This document shows, in pieces, positions 17,643 to 27,779 of a DNA stretch of 43,321 nucleotides. This stretch comes from a virus. Its lineage: Duplodnaviria > Heunggongvirae > Uroviricota > Caudoviricetes. The stretch lies in IMG/VR virus record IMGVR_UViG_3300031088_000735; one strand, 5' to 3'. The stretch's first letter is position 1. Each line of letters opens with the position of its first letter. A program made the translations under genes and the position numbers. A model generated the notes under the pieces. It saw nothing but the letters and a program-made list of their open reading frames with translations. It did not search any database and was not told where the DNA came from.

Positions 17643-18029
17643 ATGAACATTAAACGTATGAATATTCAGTTTTATATGGAAGACGAAGACATGCTTGAAG
17701 ATCTTGTGGAAGATAGTCAACGGAATGGTCGTTATCTACAGATTGATCCGATTGTTCATCGAGATGGTGTGTTTAAACGTGGTAAAGACTGTTGGTTTGA
17801 AATTCGTGGTCAAGCGTTTACTTATGACAGCAAAATGTTTGACTTTGAATTTAGTCTGTTGAATGTCCCATCACTTTCGACCAGTCAGTTCCAAGCATTG
17901 AAAATGGTAATTGATCAAAAACTGGCAAGTGTTGAACAGAAGAGACTTTACCAGACGCTTTGCTATAATCTTGAAGACTTATCGAAACGCTTGGAAATGT
18001 ATAAGTCTAACAAACGATTTGGGATTTAG
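17643..18029 (+). CDS. hypothetical protein
   Basis: ORF with TAAGG RBS. Confidence 0.8.
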   Translation: MNIKRMNIQFYMEDEDMLEDLVEDSQRNGRYLQIDPIVHRDGVFKRGKDCWFEIRGQAFTYDSKMFDFEFSLLNVPSLSTSQFQALKMVIDQKLASVEQKRLYQTLCYNLEDLSKRLEMYKSNKRFGI

Positions 18030-18095
18030 TCAATCAGACTCCATTTGACAAACTAATTATTGAAATTATAATTTTTTTGAATAATGGAGTTACTT

Positions 18096-18497
18096 ATGTA
18101 TAAAGATTTAACCAACAAAGTACATGTTTGGATAGGTACCAATTTTGAGAATAATTATTATGATTACTTTGAAATTGACTATTCAACCGAAGGCGATTTA
18201 GACCACCCAGACTACAAACCGTGTGGGTTCTGTAAAGATACTGGTGTCTTGTGGTATGACGAAGACTTCATTGGCATCCTCCCACCGTTTCCAGCCGGTT
18301 TTTCTTTGGATGAAATCCTTGCTCAATCCGCTGTCAATCCTGATGAATATTCATTAGTTAAGTCTATTTGTTCTCGTTTAGGTATTGTCAACGCAAATGC
18401 TCTGTTCTGGTATCAAGAAAATGATGCTGAAATCACTGTTGATACCTCTAAAACCTACAATGGTTTGCATTATATTGGTCTTTTTGAAGGAGATTGA
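18096..18497 (+). CDS. Imm22-family immunity protein
   Basis: VHVWIG...DYFEIDY...CGFCKDTG..WYDEDFIG...LHYIGLF pattern; acidic. Confidence 0.75.
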   Translation: MYKDLTNKVHVWIGTNFENNYYDYFEIDYSTEGDLDHPDYKPCGFCKDTGVLWYDEDFIGILPPFPAGFSLDEILAQSAVNPDEYSLVKSICSRLGIVNANALFWYQENDAEITVDTSKTYNGLHYIGLFEGD

Positions 18498-18557
18498 TTG
18501 TATTTTTCTTGTATTTTTGATATAATTCAAACTTGTCAAAATTATAGGATATTTTAC

Positions 18558-19043
18558 ATGAGCACTAAAACTGCAAATGAATACAAACTTTTAAATAAAA
18601 ATGATTTATTTGTTGCCATGAATGATCATGCTCTCTCTGATAATGACCGAGATCGTTTGTATGGTGCGATGATGTCACGTCAAGAAGTTTTTGAAACCAT
18701 TCGTGATGGGAAAAGACTTTTTTTGTGTGGTCAATCGGCACAAAAATTTATTGATGAAGAAATTGAGTCTATGGATTCTCGCCTTCGTTATTGGTCAATC
18801 TTTTTTGTGATTGGAGCAATTTTACTAGCGACCATCGCTTTATCAATATATCCATATACTCCAGCACCTTTTATGGTATTATTTATAGGTTCCCAGATTG
18901 TAGCAGAAATACTTTGTATTTATTTTTTGAGAAAAATACGTGAAAATAAAGAAAATTTAACAATTTTGAAATGCAATGTTGCTCCCGGTTATAAGGATTG
19001 GTTTGAAATTAATATTCAAATGGAACCAGTGGTTGACGCTTAG
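18558..19043 (+). CDS. membrane protein with two TM segments
   Basis: Two hydrophobic stretches; AGGA RBS before ATG 18558. Confidence 0.75.
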   Translation: MSTKTANEYKLLNKNDLFVAMNDHALSDNDRDRLYGAMMSRQEVFETIRDGKRLFLCGQSAQKFIDEEIESMDSRLRYWSIFFVIGAILLATIALSIYPYTPAPFMVLFIGSQIVAEILCIYFLRKIRENKENLTILKCNVAPGYKDWFEINIQMEPVVDA

Positions 19044-19091
19044 CAGTTGCTTTGATATAATCCCAACACTTAATCAGATAGAGGCACCATA

Positions 19092-19604
19092 ATGGAACAT
19101 CAAGACAGCAAAATTGCAAAAATTCATTCGCTTGCTCAGATTCCAAATCTTTCCAACTACATTTTTTGGTCGCGTCCCGGTAATGGCACCTTGCATTCCT
19201 TGACCAACCACTTTGATGCGGATGAATATCATGTCCATCGCATCATTACACCGCATATTTCAACCTTCGATTTGAAACCACTGCCCGTTCTTGGTCAGCA
19301 CGGTGAGGTGAGCCATGTTATTTCAAATGAATTTCAAGACATCTTGAAAGCTCGTGATGTTGACGGTAAAAAATTGGTGCTCATTTTTGATGAGATTTCC
19401 AACGCTACCGAAGCTGGTGCTAACGTGCTTTATAACGCAGCGATTTATCGCAAGTTTGGTGACATTGAACTGAATGACGATGACCTCGTTATTTGTGCGG
19501 GTATGTGTGACCCTAATGACAACCCTTACTTTGGCGATCTCTCTCGTGTTTTTTACAACACGATGTCTCATTGCATCCTTGAATTGAAGCCTTCAATGGC
19601 GTAA
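19092..19604 (+). CDS. degenerate AAA+ (MoxR-like) ATPase domain
   Basis: Walker A-like SRPGNGT lacking Lys; Walker B LIFDEI; LVICAG. Confidence 0.6.
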   Translation: MEHQDSKIAKIHSLAQIPNLSNYIFWSRPGNGTLHSLTNHFDADEYHVHRIITPHISTFDLKPLPVLGQHGEVSHVISNEFQDILKARDVDGKKLVLIFDEISNATEAGANVLYNAAIYRKFGDIELNDDDLVICAGMCDPNDNPYFGDLSRVFYNTMSHCILELKPSMA

Positions 19605-19735
19605 TTCATTCAACAAACTGTCAACACGAAAAGAGGCCATCAAAAGCCTCTTTTTTTATGTCGATATGATTGTTTTTTTATGAAGAATGTGCTATAATTA
19701 TCGCCTAAATAGATAATTTTTAAGGATATGTATTA

Positions 19736-20248
19736 ATGACCACACTTAATCGTCAAATTTTTGCCATCGTCAATGCTAGTAAAACCAAAGTGCTCACGGA
19801 GATTGGCTGGGTGGGTCTTTATCTTTCTGATCCCATTTCGACCGATGAGTTGATCAAAAAGTTGTATGACAATATTCCAGCTCAGGAATTCATGTATGAG
19901 CGTCGGGCTGACTCTTACGACTATATCCAGTATTATTCTTCTTTTGCACGGGCTTCAGAAGTGCTTCATGAAGCCAGCACCAGAAGCAATAAGCCGATTA
20001 CAGAACCGATGTGCATCATTGTGATTGATATTAACATCTCATCCAGTGTTCAAACTCTTCCAGTGTTTGAAAACCCTCAAGATTTGGCGTTCCTTGACCA
20101 ATTTGAAGGTTTGGTGAGTGGACACCTCAATATGCCACTGGATACTATCAAAGGCTATCGCAATAAGGATTTTGTAGGTTACACGAACAAGCCGCTTCAA
20201 CGAGCTTATACTGCTTGGTTGGATTTGACTTTAAACAACTTGGAGTAA
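19736..20248 (+). CDS. hypothetical protein
   Basis: TGCTATAAT at 19690, TAAGGA RBS. Confidence 0.8.
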   Translation: MTTLNRQIFAIVNASKTKVLTEIGWVGLYLSDPISTDELIKKLYDNIPAQEFMYERRADSYDYIQYYSSFARASEVLHEASTRSNKPITEPMCIIVIDINISSSVQTLPVFENPQDLAFLDQFEGLVSGHLNMPLDTIKGYRNKDFVGYTNKPLQRAYTAWLDLTLNNLE

Positions 20249-20256
20249 TCTTCACT

Positions 20257-20544
20257 ATGAAAACGAATCATAATCGTGGTTTCAAAGATGACAAAGCACC
20301 TCGGGCTGTCTATTCTCGCTATATTGTCTTTGGTCAATGTGTCTCGCTGCCCTTGTCTGACCGTTCTGTTTCTGCCCATGCAACCTGTGGTGATCACACG
20401 AATGGTAAACGGGGCATTGCACGGGATCGTCGTGGGGCTAAAAAATACATTAACTCTCGCAGTCGTTTCCATGAGAATGCGGCTTTGAACCGTCTGGTGC
20501 AAACAATTGAACTTGATGGTCTTGAACCTTCGGATCTTGATTAA
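20257..20544 (+). CDS. basic Arg-rich hypothetical protein
   Basis: GGAG RBS before ATG 20257. Confidence 0.75.
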   Translation: MKTNHNRGFKDDKAPRAVYSRYIVFGQCVSLPLSDRSVSAHATCGDHTNGKRGIARDRRGAKKYINSRSRFHENAALNRLVQTIELDGLEPSDLD

Positions 20545-20584
20545 AACTCTGTAACTTAATTTTACTTTAAAGATTTAGGAGTTT

Positions 20585-20944
20585 ATGATGAAAACTAAAA
20601 ATGTTATTATTGTTGCCAGCTTACTTGCTCTCGCTATTGGTATCGGATTTATTATTCGAGACGATCTTAAGCGTGAAAAAGCTTATGATGAGTATGTTCA
20701 AAAGGCACCTGAACGCAATAAACAAAAACTTTTGGAACCAGCAGAAGTCGTTGGTGTAACGGATGATGGTCAAGAAGTCAAACGTGTTGTTATTGAGTAT
20801 GTCAAACCAAAACCGTGTGACAGTTGCAAAGTATACCCAGAAAAGCATTTTATCTATTTTGTTGGCAAAGTAAAAACTGATAACGCTATTGTGCCAGACG
20901 GCAAATCAACTAAAATTGAGCCGCGTGTCACAATCGAACAATAA
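20585..20944 (+). CDS. membrane-anchored protein
   Basis: N-terminal TM segment; CxxC. Confidence 0.8.
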   Translation: MMKTKNVIIVASLLALAIGIGFIIRDDLKREKAYDEYVQKAPERNKQKLLEPAEVVGVTDDGQEVKRVVIEYVKPKPCDSCKVYPEKHFIYFVGKVKTDNAIVPDGKSTKIEPRVTIEQ

Positions 20945-21020
20945 ATGCCCTTCGGGGCTTTTTTTGACTACTTTTCTTGATTGTGGTATAATCATCACAA
21001 CTTCTATCAGGTATTTCACA

Positions 21021-21488
21021 ATGACACTAGCTACCGAATTGAAAAAAATCAAGAAGATTCCTTACAAAGTTGCTGGAATCTCTGAAAAACTGGCAATGAT
21101 TGAAGCTTTGCTGGTTAATGAAAACTCCCTTCATAAGTGGTGGGTTGCGAATATGGTTTTCGACCGAACTCGTATGAGTAAGTCTGTACTCTCTTGTGAT
21201 GTTAAATACCAACTTCAATACCATTTCAACACCGTGGATTGCACTCTGAGTGCAAAAGCTGATGCCGTGAGTTCTCTGGTGGCTAATTATGAACAGTTTG
21301 TTGATGTTGATTTCCTTGTCAAAGAAGTGTTTGGTGATAGCTATCTGGCGATTATCGAGCAAATCAACCAGAACAAAATGGAACAAGAAGAATTTCAGAA
21401 ACGTATTCAAACCATGCCATCTACCTCAACAATGACTGATGTTTGTGCAGTAATGTTGCAAGTCCAAGAAGACATGAAAAAAATCTAA
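21021..21488 (+). CDS. hypothetical protein
   Basis: Terminator and promoter precede ATG 21021. Confidence 0.8.
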   Translation: MTLATELKKIKKIPYKVAGISEKLAMIEALLVNENSLHKWWVANMVFDRTRMSKSVLSCDVKYQLQYHFNTVDCTLSAKADAVSSLVANYEQFVDVDFLVKEVFGDSYLAIIEQINQNKMEQEEFQKRIQTMPSTSTMTDVCAVMLQVQEDMKKI

Positions 21489-21597
21489 AAATATTATTTG
21501 TCAAACGTATATTTTAATGCTATAATTCTTTATAGAAAATAGCCGCTTAATCTAGTGGCTGTATCATCAGTAAATTCCATTATTAGAGACGACCACC

Positions 21598-21861
21598 ATG
21601 ATTAAGAAAATTGTGTCTTTTTTTGATCTTATCAAAGAGCATATCCACCTAGATCGCCTTGAAACCAAGGCTAGAAAATGCGTATCCCACCTTGAAGACG
21701 TGGCTGAACGTCAATTGTGCATGGATAACTTTAATCTATGGTTGTCGATCTATCAAAAGAAGTCTATCGAGCTTCGAGAAATCATGAAACATGGCACCAG
21801 TGAACGCCGTGAGAAACTAGAATCGTTTATTGAAAAGGTTCAAAATAAATACCTTTCATAA
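21598..21861 (+). CDS. hypothetical protein
   Basis: 87 aa ORF. Confidence 0.7.
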   Translation: MIKKIVSFFDLIKEHIHLDRLETKARKCVSHLEDVAERQLCMDNFNLWLSIYQKKSIELREIMKHGTSERREKLESFIEKVQNKYLS

Positions 21862-21871
21862 GGAGTTGACC

Positions 21872-22060
21872 ATGCAAACCAGAATTGTAGAACTCTTTGA
21901 TCGTCAAGCCAATAGACAACGTTACTTTTGCCAATACCGCTGGCTACTTTGGTGGAAGGCTATTAAAAACCCACTGGTAAAAGAACCAACTTGTGCTTTT
22001 AGTGGTGGCTACGTCACTCGAAAAGGTGCTGAACATGTGCTTCGCTCTTTTTCTCATTAA
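21872..22060 (+). CDS. hypothetical protein
   Basis: TAAGGAG RBS before ATG 21872. Confidence 0.75.
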   Translation: MQTRIVELFDRQANRQRYFCQYRWLLWWKAIKNPLVKEPTCAFSGGYVTRKGAEHVLRSFSH

Positions 22061-22196
22061 GTTCAAACTTAACTTCTAATAAACCAACTAAGTGTAAACT
22101 AAACCACTCTTCGATGAGTGGTTTTTTGCTGCAGTAGATTATTTATTTTTCTATGTTATATTTTTTAGTTAACTCAACTTAACTAGGAGATATACA

Positions 22197-22736
22197 ATGA
22201 CTAATAATAATTTATCATCAATTAATACATCCGCTCAAACAAAAGATCAACTTTCAATGATTCATTTATTTAAAAATAACAGTCATTTAACCAGCCTTTA
22301 CAAAAAGTTTGGTTCTGTTATGGCTAGACTGGCTAAGGCTGGGGAAGAAATCGTCACATTGATTGATGGCAAAGTTGAAACTAAGAATACTGCTAAGGAA
22401 AATGATGTTATTGTTAAAGGATTAAAAGGTGAAGAGTATATTATAGGTCATGAGAAATTTAAAGCTCGTTACACCGTCAATAAAGCGGTTACTGATACGT
22501 TTACTGCTTATGAGCCTAATGGCACTTGTATAGCCTACGAATATACTGGGGATAGTTTTGTATTTAAAGCACCTTGGGACGAAGATATGATTGTCAATCA
22601 TGGTGACTTTTTGGCTACCATTGATAAAAGCGTTCCAGAAGTCTACAGAATAGAACGAGACGCCTTTTTCAAGACCTATAAAAAGGTCGTTGACTTGAAT
22701 GATGATGAGAATTCTGTTATACTATCGACTAATTAA
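22197..22736 (+). CDS. PGDYG-like protein with internal duplication
   Basis: AKENDVIVKGLKGEEYII..KFKARY and VNHGDFLA...EVYRIERDAFFKTY. Confidence 0.6.
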   Translation: MTNNNLSSINTSAQTKDQLSMIHLFKNNSHLTSLYKKFGSVMARLAKAGEEIVTLIDGKVETKNTAKENDVIVKGLKGEEYIIGHEKFKARYTVNKAVTDTFTAYEPNGTCIAYEYTGDSFVFKAPWDEDMIVNHGDFLATIDKSVPEVYRIERDAFFKTYKKVVDLNDDENSVILSTN

Positions 22737-22756
22737 TCATCCATCAAGGTGTTACT

Positions 22757-23116
22757 ATGACTCGCAAAGCAACCGTTGCACAACCAGACAAAATTGCGGA
22801 ATTGATTAAAAAACGCAAAATTGAAGACCGTCATGACATGATTCATGGCATTACGGATTGCCAGTCACTTGCTGAAATCAAGCTTCTGGTTGATTTTTTG
22901 ATTGGTGATTATGGTGATGCTGCCAAGGTTAATTTTGATTCGGGCTACAACAATATCAGTGAATCCATTGTGGTTGTTCGTGATGAAACTGATACGGAAG
23001 TCAATACCCGTATTGATAAAGAAATCGAAGCGTTGATTAAAAAAGAACTTGCTATCAAAAAAGAAGGCACTACGATTTCTGATAACATCAAAAGCCTTAT
23101 GAAAGCTAAAAACTGA
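22757..23116 (+). CDS. hypothetical protein
   Basis: AAGGTG RBS, downstream terminator. Confidence 0.8.
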   Translation: MTRKATVAQPDKIAELIKKRKIEDRHDMIHGITDCQSLAEIKLLVDFLIGDYGDAAKVNFDSGYNNISESIVVVRDETDTEVNTRIDKEIEALIKKELAIKKEGTTISDNIKSLMKAKN

Positions 23117-23216
23117 TTTTTGTTCTCAAATAAGCCGCCTTCATGGCGGTTTTTTGTTGCTTAATAGGTTCTTTCTTGTTATAATGGCTCCATCAAACAT
23201 CATAGGAATTACGACC

Positions 23217-24140
23217 ATGTTTAAAGTTTTCACTCACTCTCAACAATTTCACATTGACGAACTCATCGCCATTGCTCTTTTGAGCGAGTATCACTTTGAT
23301 AATACCAAAGGGAATGAAAAAGGTCTATACACCGTAGTTCGCACCCGTGATGAAAAGATTCTCGCAGACGCTCGTAAAGATCCAGAAGCTTTTGTGATTG
23401 ACGTGGGTGGTGTCTATGACCCTACCATGCTGAACTTCGACCATCACCAGAACGACCCTAACCTTTGCTGGCCGGATGGTCTGCCTTATTCGTCTTGCGG
23501 TATCGTGTGGAAATGGTTGCGTGAAACCAAGAAACTTCACCAGCACATGAACGAAGACACCATGAACATTATGGAAAATGACTTAATTCGTCGTGTCGAT
23601 AAACATGATAACGGTTTGGAAAAAATGTCTGAACTCATTCTGCTTATCATGTATAACCGTAAACCTGATGACCCACGGGCACAAGACCGTCAGTTCAAAA
23701 TGGCTTCGCGGGCTGCAAAGGATTACTTGAAAAACTACTTTGCTTACGTTCGTGGTAACATGAAAGCTGAAAAAGAAATCGTGAAAGCGATTGAAGCGAG
23801 CAAAGATTACAAAGATATTGTCGTCTGCGACAGCAACGTGAAAGACGCTTCCAAGCGTATTGCTCAACTGACTGACAAGAAAATGGTTATCTACCCACAC
23901 AGCAACGGTATGTGGGCGATTAAAACCGTGCCATCCGATCCACGCAACGACTTTTCTCAGAAATGTCCTGCACCGAAAGAATGGTTGGGCTTGAAGGAAA
24001 AAGAACTGGAAACCGTTTCGGGTATTCAAGGGCTTTACTTCTGCCATAAAGGTGGCTTCCTGACCTTTTATCGCGGTTCGATTGAAGACGCAATCAAGGT
24101 GGCTCGCGTTATCATCTTGAAACATGAAGGCCATATGTAA
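23217..24140 (+). CDS. MYG1 family (UPF0160) exonuclease
   Basis: THSQQFHIDE, VRTRD, IDVGGVYDP, FDHHQ, SSCGIVW, FCHKGGF. Confidence 0.9.
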   Translation: MFKVFTHSQQFHIDELIAIALLSEYHFDNTKGNEKGLYTVVRTRDEKILADARKDPEAFVIDVGGVYDPTMLNFDHHQNDPNLCWPDGLPYSSCGIVWKWLRETKKLHQHMNEDTMNIMENDLIRRVDKHDNGLEKMSELILLIMYNRKPDDPRAQDRQFKMASRAAKDYLKNYFAYVRGNMKAEKEIVKAIEASKDYKDIVVCDSNVKDASKRIAQLTDKKMVIYPHSNGMWAIKTVPSDPRNDFSQKCPAPKEWLGLKEKELETVSGIQGLYFCHKGGFLTFYRGSIEDAIKVARVIILKHEGHM

Positions 24141-24268
24141 CACGGCCTACATGGTAGACAACAAGAAAGCACTCAATGAGTGCTTTTTTTGTGCTTACAA
24201 TTAAACAAGTGCGTTTATTCATTGTTCATGGTATAATGACGGCTCGATTTACCATTAATAGGTGACTT

Positions 24269-24817
24269 ATGGATTTGGTTCAAGATTTTCAAGCAGCCTT
24301 TGAGTTGGCAAAACAACAACCTGAAAAAAGCATGGCTGGATTGTTGGCGGTTATTAAACAACATGCTCAAAATATTAACAACTCCGAAACATGGCGTTGG
24401 GATGTGATGCGGGCTGTTGTTGGTGATGATTTGGAGTATGTTAAACTCGTTACCACCACTCAGCTTATTATGAGCTATGAACAACAACGGAAACTCCTTG
24501 AAAAAGAACCCGTGATTATTAATATGACAGCAATGCTTCTTCATGCTCACTATGGTAAGTATCACCAACTGGTGGACGTGGTTAGTCTTCAAAAGAGTGT
24601 TTTTGGTGAAGAATTGTTCAGTAAAATCGAAGATCAAACGATTTCATTTCTTGATAAACTACTGACCAAAACGTTGACCAGTGAGAATGTGTTTGACATG
24701 AGTGCTCAGGAATATGCTAATTATCTCTACAAAGATTATGCCGTAGAGTATGAGCAGTATTACTATTGGCCTCATATGAAAGCATCAATGGATAAAGCCA
24801 TTGCTTCTATTTCCTAA
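24269..24817 (+). CDS. hypothetical protein
   Basis: AGGTG RBS and extended -10 upstream. Confidence 0.8.
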   Translation: MDLVQDFQAAFELAKQQPEKSMAGLLAVIKQHAQNINNSETWRWDVMRAVVGDDLEYVKLVTTTQLIMSYEQQRKLLEKEPVIINMTAMLLHAHYGKYHQLVDVVSLQKSVFGEELFSKIEDQTISFLDKLLTKTLTSENVFDMSAQEYANYLYKDYAVEYEQYYYWPHMKASMDKAIASIS

Positions 24818-24867
24818 AAATCATCAGTCGTAAAAAAGGCCACTTTGAGTGGCCTTTTGTTTACTGT

Positions 24868-25614
24868 TTATTTTGTTGCAAGTTGGTCATAATGGTTATT
24901 GAGTTTTCTAAACTCTTTTGCGTAGGCCATGTATTTAAACATGAAATTTCTTTCACCTTTTCCAAACGACTCTTTGTCTTCTAACAATACCCAAATGTCG
25001 TTTGAGTTGTTTTTCTTGACGGCTTTATTGACTTTTCCAACACCGCTGTAATAAGACAATACTGCTAACTCATCACTTTGGAAACGTTCTTTTGTGTCAC
25101 CAAGATGTCTTAACGCAGCCTCAGTAGACTTTTTCCAGTCTTTACGTTCGTCAACTTTCTTGTTAACAACCAAACCCATATCGCGGCCTAATGCTGGCAT
25201 TAATTGCCACATTCCGGTAGCACTGTTAACATTTGATTTTATCTTTGGATTGAAATCTGATTCAATCGCAGCCAATGCGTAAATCTCTTCTGGTAAATCA
25301 TGTCTTTCGGCAACTGTTTCGATGAAATCTTTATATTGAATACCTTTGTGATAAGATTTGGAAGCTCTCACTTTGATGGCTTTTCCATTTTTTTTTACAA
25401 AACTCTTGTATTCGGCTGAATATCCTGTATTCTCTTTTTTATATTCTGGCTCAATTAAAGCAACTTTATTTGCTGGTTTGATGACTTGTTCTTGCTTAAC
25501 AACTTGTTTTGTAATCATGTCCTGTTGTTGACTTTGTGGTGTATGACTGCAGGCAGTAATTAAGACGACACAGGCTGATAGAGTTAATACTTTAAATCGG
25601 TGTAAATGGTTCAT
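24868..25614 (-). CDS. lipoprotein lytic transglycosylase (SLT, MltD-like catalytic domain)
   Basis: Lipobox ITAC; IESDFNP, ATGMWQLMP, VDERKD motifs. Confidence 0.88.
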   Translation of the reverse strand: MNHLHRFKVLTLSACVVLITACSHTPQSQQQDMITKQVVKQEQVIKPANKVALIEPEYKKENTGYSAEYKSFVKKNGKAIKVRASKSYHKGIQYKDFIETVAERHDLPEEIYALAAIESDFNPKIKSNVNSATGMWQLMPALGRDMGLVVNKKVDERKDWKKSTEAALRHLGDTKERFQSDELAVLSYYSGVGKVNKAVKKNNSNDIWVLLEDKESFGKGERNFMFKYMAYAKEFRKLNNHYDQLATK

Positions 25615-25843
25615 TATATTTTTCTCCTAAGTTATCAATTTAACAGTCCTTTCAAAAAAATCAATTTTAAAAAAAAATCACGGCTCAATTAACGGCCAAA
25701 AATTATACATTAATCGCCATAGTAAAGCAATTTTTTTTTATAATTATTTTCATAAAAAGCTTAAATTTTTTATTTCTTTTGTTGGTTTCCTTTCTGTTTT
25801 GATGTATAATACCTTATCAAAATAAACCTATTGAGGTTCTTAC

Positions 25844-26212
25844 ATGATTCAGTCTTTTGAAGAAATTCCAACCAACGTACAGGTCTTTTTGGAACGTTAT
25901 TTTTCCGAAAAAACAAAATCTGCTATGCAAGATGGTTTTGTGTATATGCTTCGCATGTTTTGGCAATCCCGTTATGATAAAATGAATGCTGACCACAAAG
26001 AGTGCTTTGACTGGATCAGCACCCACTGTTTGCCACAGCATGTCGTTTATGGTGGACTGCAGTATCAAACCAATCTCATTTCCAGTGATTTTAACCATAC
26101 CCAATTGGCTACTGATGTCTTTAATTTGCTGTATAACCTACGTTTCCCTGTTGTTGTTCAGCCCAAGAAGACACTTATCGAATCGGTGTTGTCTTTTTTT
26201 GGTAAACGCTAA
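25844..26212 (+). CDS. hypothetical protein
   Basis: GAGG RBS. Confidence 0.8.
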   Translation: MIQSFEEIPTNVQVFLERYFSEKTKSAMQDGFVYMLRMFWQSRYDKMNADHKECFDWISTHCLPQHVVYGGLQYQTNLISSDFNHTQLATDVFNLLYNLRFPVVVQPKKTLIESVLSFFGKR

Positions 26213-26239
26213 ACAATTTATCTAATTTTGAGGTGTATT

Positions 26240-26773
26240 ATGACTATTGACTTGAAAGCACTTGTTAAACAAACTGTTGTTGTTAATGCAGACAATACAG
26301 GTGTAGTCGTGGCGTTGAAAAAAGCTCACGATGGTGAGTGGGAACTTGCTCGCAAGTCGGAATACAAACGTGATGTGTTCATCATTCCAGAAGCTGATGT
26401 ATTTCTTGAAGTCTGTTTCTCTCGTTCTGGTGAATATCATAGTGGCTACAGCTATGCTAAGCCAACTTTCAGTTTGGTTGAGAAGATTTCGAAAAAAGTC
26501 ACTTCTTATCCAGCCGTTGAAGCTTTGAAAACGCAGGCTGATGAACTAAAATCCGCTCATTTCGATAACAACGATGATACCACACTGGTACCCATCTATG
26601 AATCGGGTTGGGTTTCTGGTCATAAAGCTAATTCATATGAAAGCGTTTATGATATTGGTGGTGTCTTGTTCAAACAAACGCTGTATGGCAATTCCGATTG
26701 GACGGAGTTCGTAGAATATGCTATTGTTGACAAACGTGAAGAGACGGTTGTTAGTTACAAAAAAATTAAATAA
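26240..26773 (+). CDS. hypothetical protein
   Basis: GAGGTG RBS before ATG 26240. Confidence 0.8.
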   Translation: MTIDLKALVKQTVVVNADNTGVVVALKKAHDGEWELARKSEYKRDVFIIPEADVFLEVCFSRSGEYHSGYSYAKPTFSLVEKISKKVTSYPAVEALKTQADELKSAHFDNNDDTTLVPIYESGWVSGHKANSYESVYDIGGVLFKQTLYGNSDWTEFVEYAIVDKREETVVSYKKIK

Positions 26774-26789
26774 TTGTTGAGGTCAAATC

Positions 26790-27131
26790 ATGAGTGAACC
26801 ATTGAGTATTTTTCAACAGGCTTCCAAACTGGTGGTCTTGTTGCAACAGGTGGAGCGTTATAAGGCTTATATCAATAAGCAAACGGAAACGACGAACTCT
26901 TTGGTAGCAGCCGCTATCATCAAAGATAATGTTTTGACTGTCTTTGGTGCTGAAATCTTTCAATTCTGGTTGGCTTCACGACGCATTCGTAATACTGAGA
27001 AATCAGCCTTCCTAGAATATGCGGCGAGTGTTAGTATTCCAGTCAGAGATCGTGATCGGGGGCCAGAAGGCTTGTCGTGGTTTGGACGTTCTGTCTATGA
27101 TCTTTGGCTTGAAGCTGTTAAAGAAGACTAG
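26790..27131 (+). CDS. hypothetical protein
   Basis: GAGG RBS. Confidence 0.8.
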   Translation: MSEPLSIFQQASKLVVLLQQVERYKAYINKQTETTNSLVAAAIIKDNVLTVFGAEIFQFWLASRRIRNTEKSAFLEYAASVSIPVRDRDRGPEGLSWFGRSVYDLWLEAVKED

Positions 27132-27200
27132 AAAACAGTTTCTTAATGGGTAGGCATGTGGTATAATTACCATCTACTTTAATGGTTTTGAGGATTACAC

Positions 27201-27647
27201 ATGTCTACTCAACAGAATGACAAAATTTCGCTTAAAAACGGCAAGCTGGAAGAAGTCCTTCGCACCGAAGTTGATTTTTATGATCGTTTGGGCAATCATG
27301 CTATCTTGACCAAAGTTGTTTACCGCGATAAGAAAGGCAAATTCAGTGAACAAGTTGTGCAAGTGAAATGGTTGAGTTTTATCGACATCAAGAAGCTGAC
27401 TTATATCACAAGCGTTTCGATTGCTGTTAATAAATGCAGTAATGGTGTTTTCTTCTTGACGGCGGTTAAGAACAATCGCGGTGAGGTATCCTACCCGTTT
27501 GAATCGGAATCGTTGGAGCAGGTATTGTTTGACGCCTACGAAGTCGCAGCTTTCTATAACCAGAAGCCATTGCCTTTCACCAATGACCAGTGGGTGACTA
27601 AGGAAGAAATCAAAGCCGCTTATGCTTCTGTTGAACGACTTCTGTAA
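27201..27647 (+). CDS. hypothetical protein
   Basis: GAGGA RBS, downstream terminator. Confidence 0.8.
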   Translation: MSTQQNDKISLKNGKLEEVLRTEVDFYDRLGNHAILTKVVYRDKKGKFSEQVVQVKWLSFIDIKKLTYITSVSIAVNKCSNGVFFLTAVKNNRGEVSYPFESESLEQVLFDAYEVAAFYNQKPLPFTNDQWVTKEEIKAAYASVERLL

Positions 27648-27779
27648 TTTTCTTGCTATACTAAAAACCTACTTCGGTAGGTTTTTTATTGTCTTTTATT
27701 TTTCAATTAGACCAATGGCGATTTCATTTTTCTTATTTTTATGCTACTATAAGGTTCAATTTTTTATAGGAGAAATAGC

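Noticed and set aside
23325-24637. Long antisense ORFs (23583..24143, 24215..24637; likewise 28040..28561, 29783..30364, 36842..37423)
   Set aside because: Shadows of well-supported plus-strand genes, with no RBS or motifs
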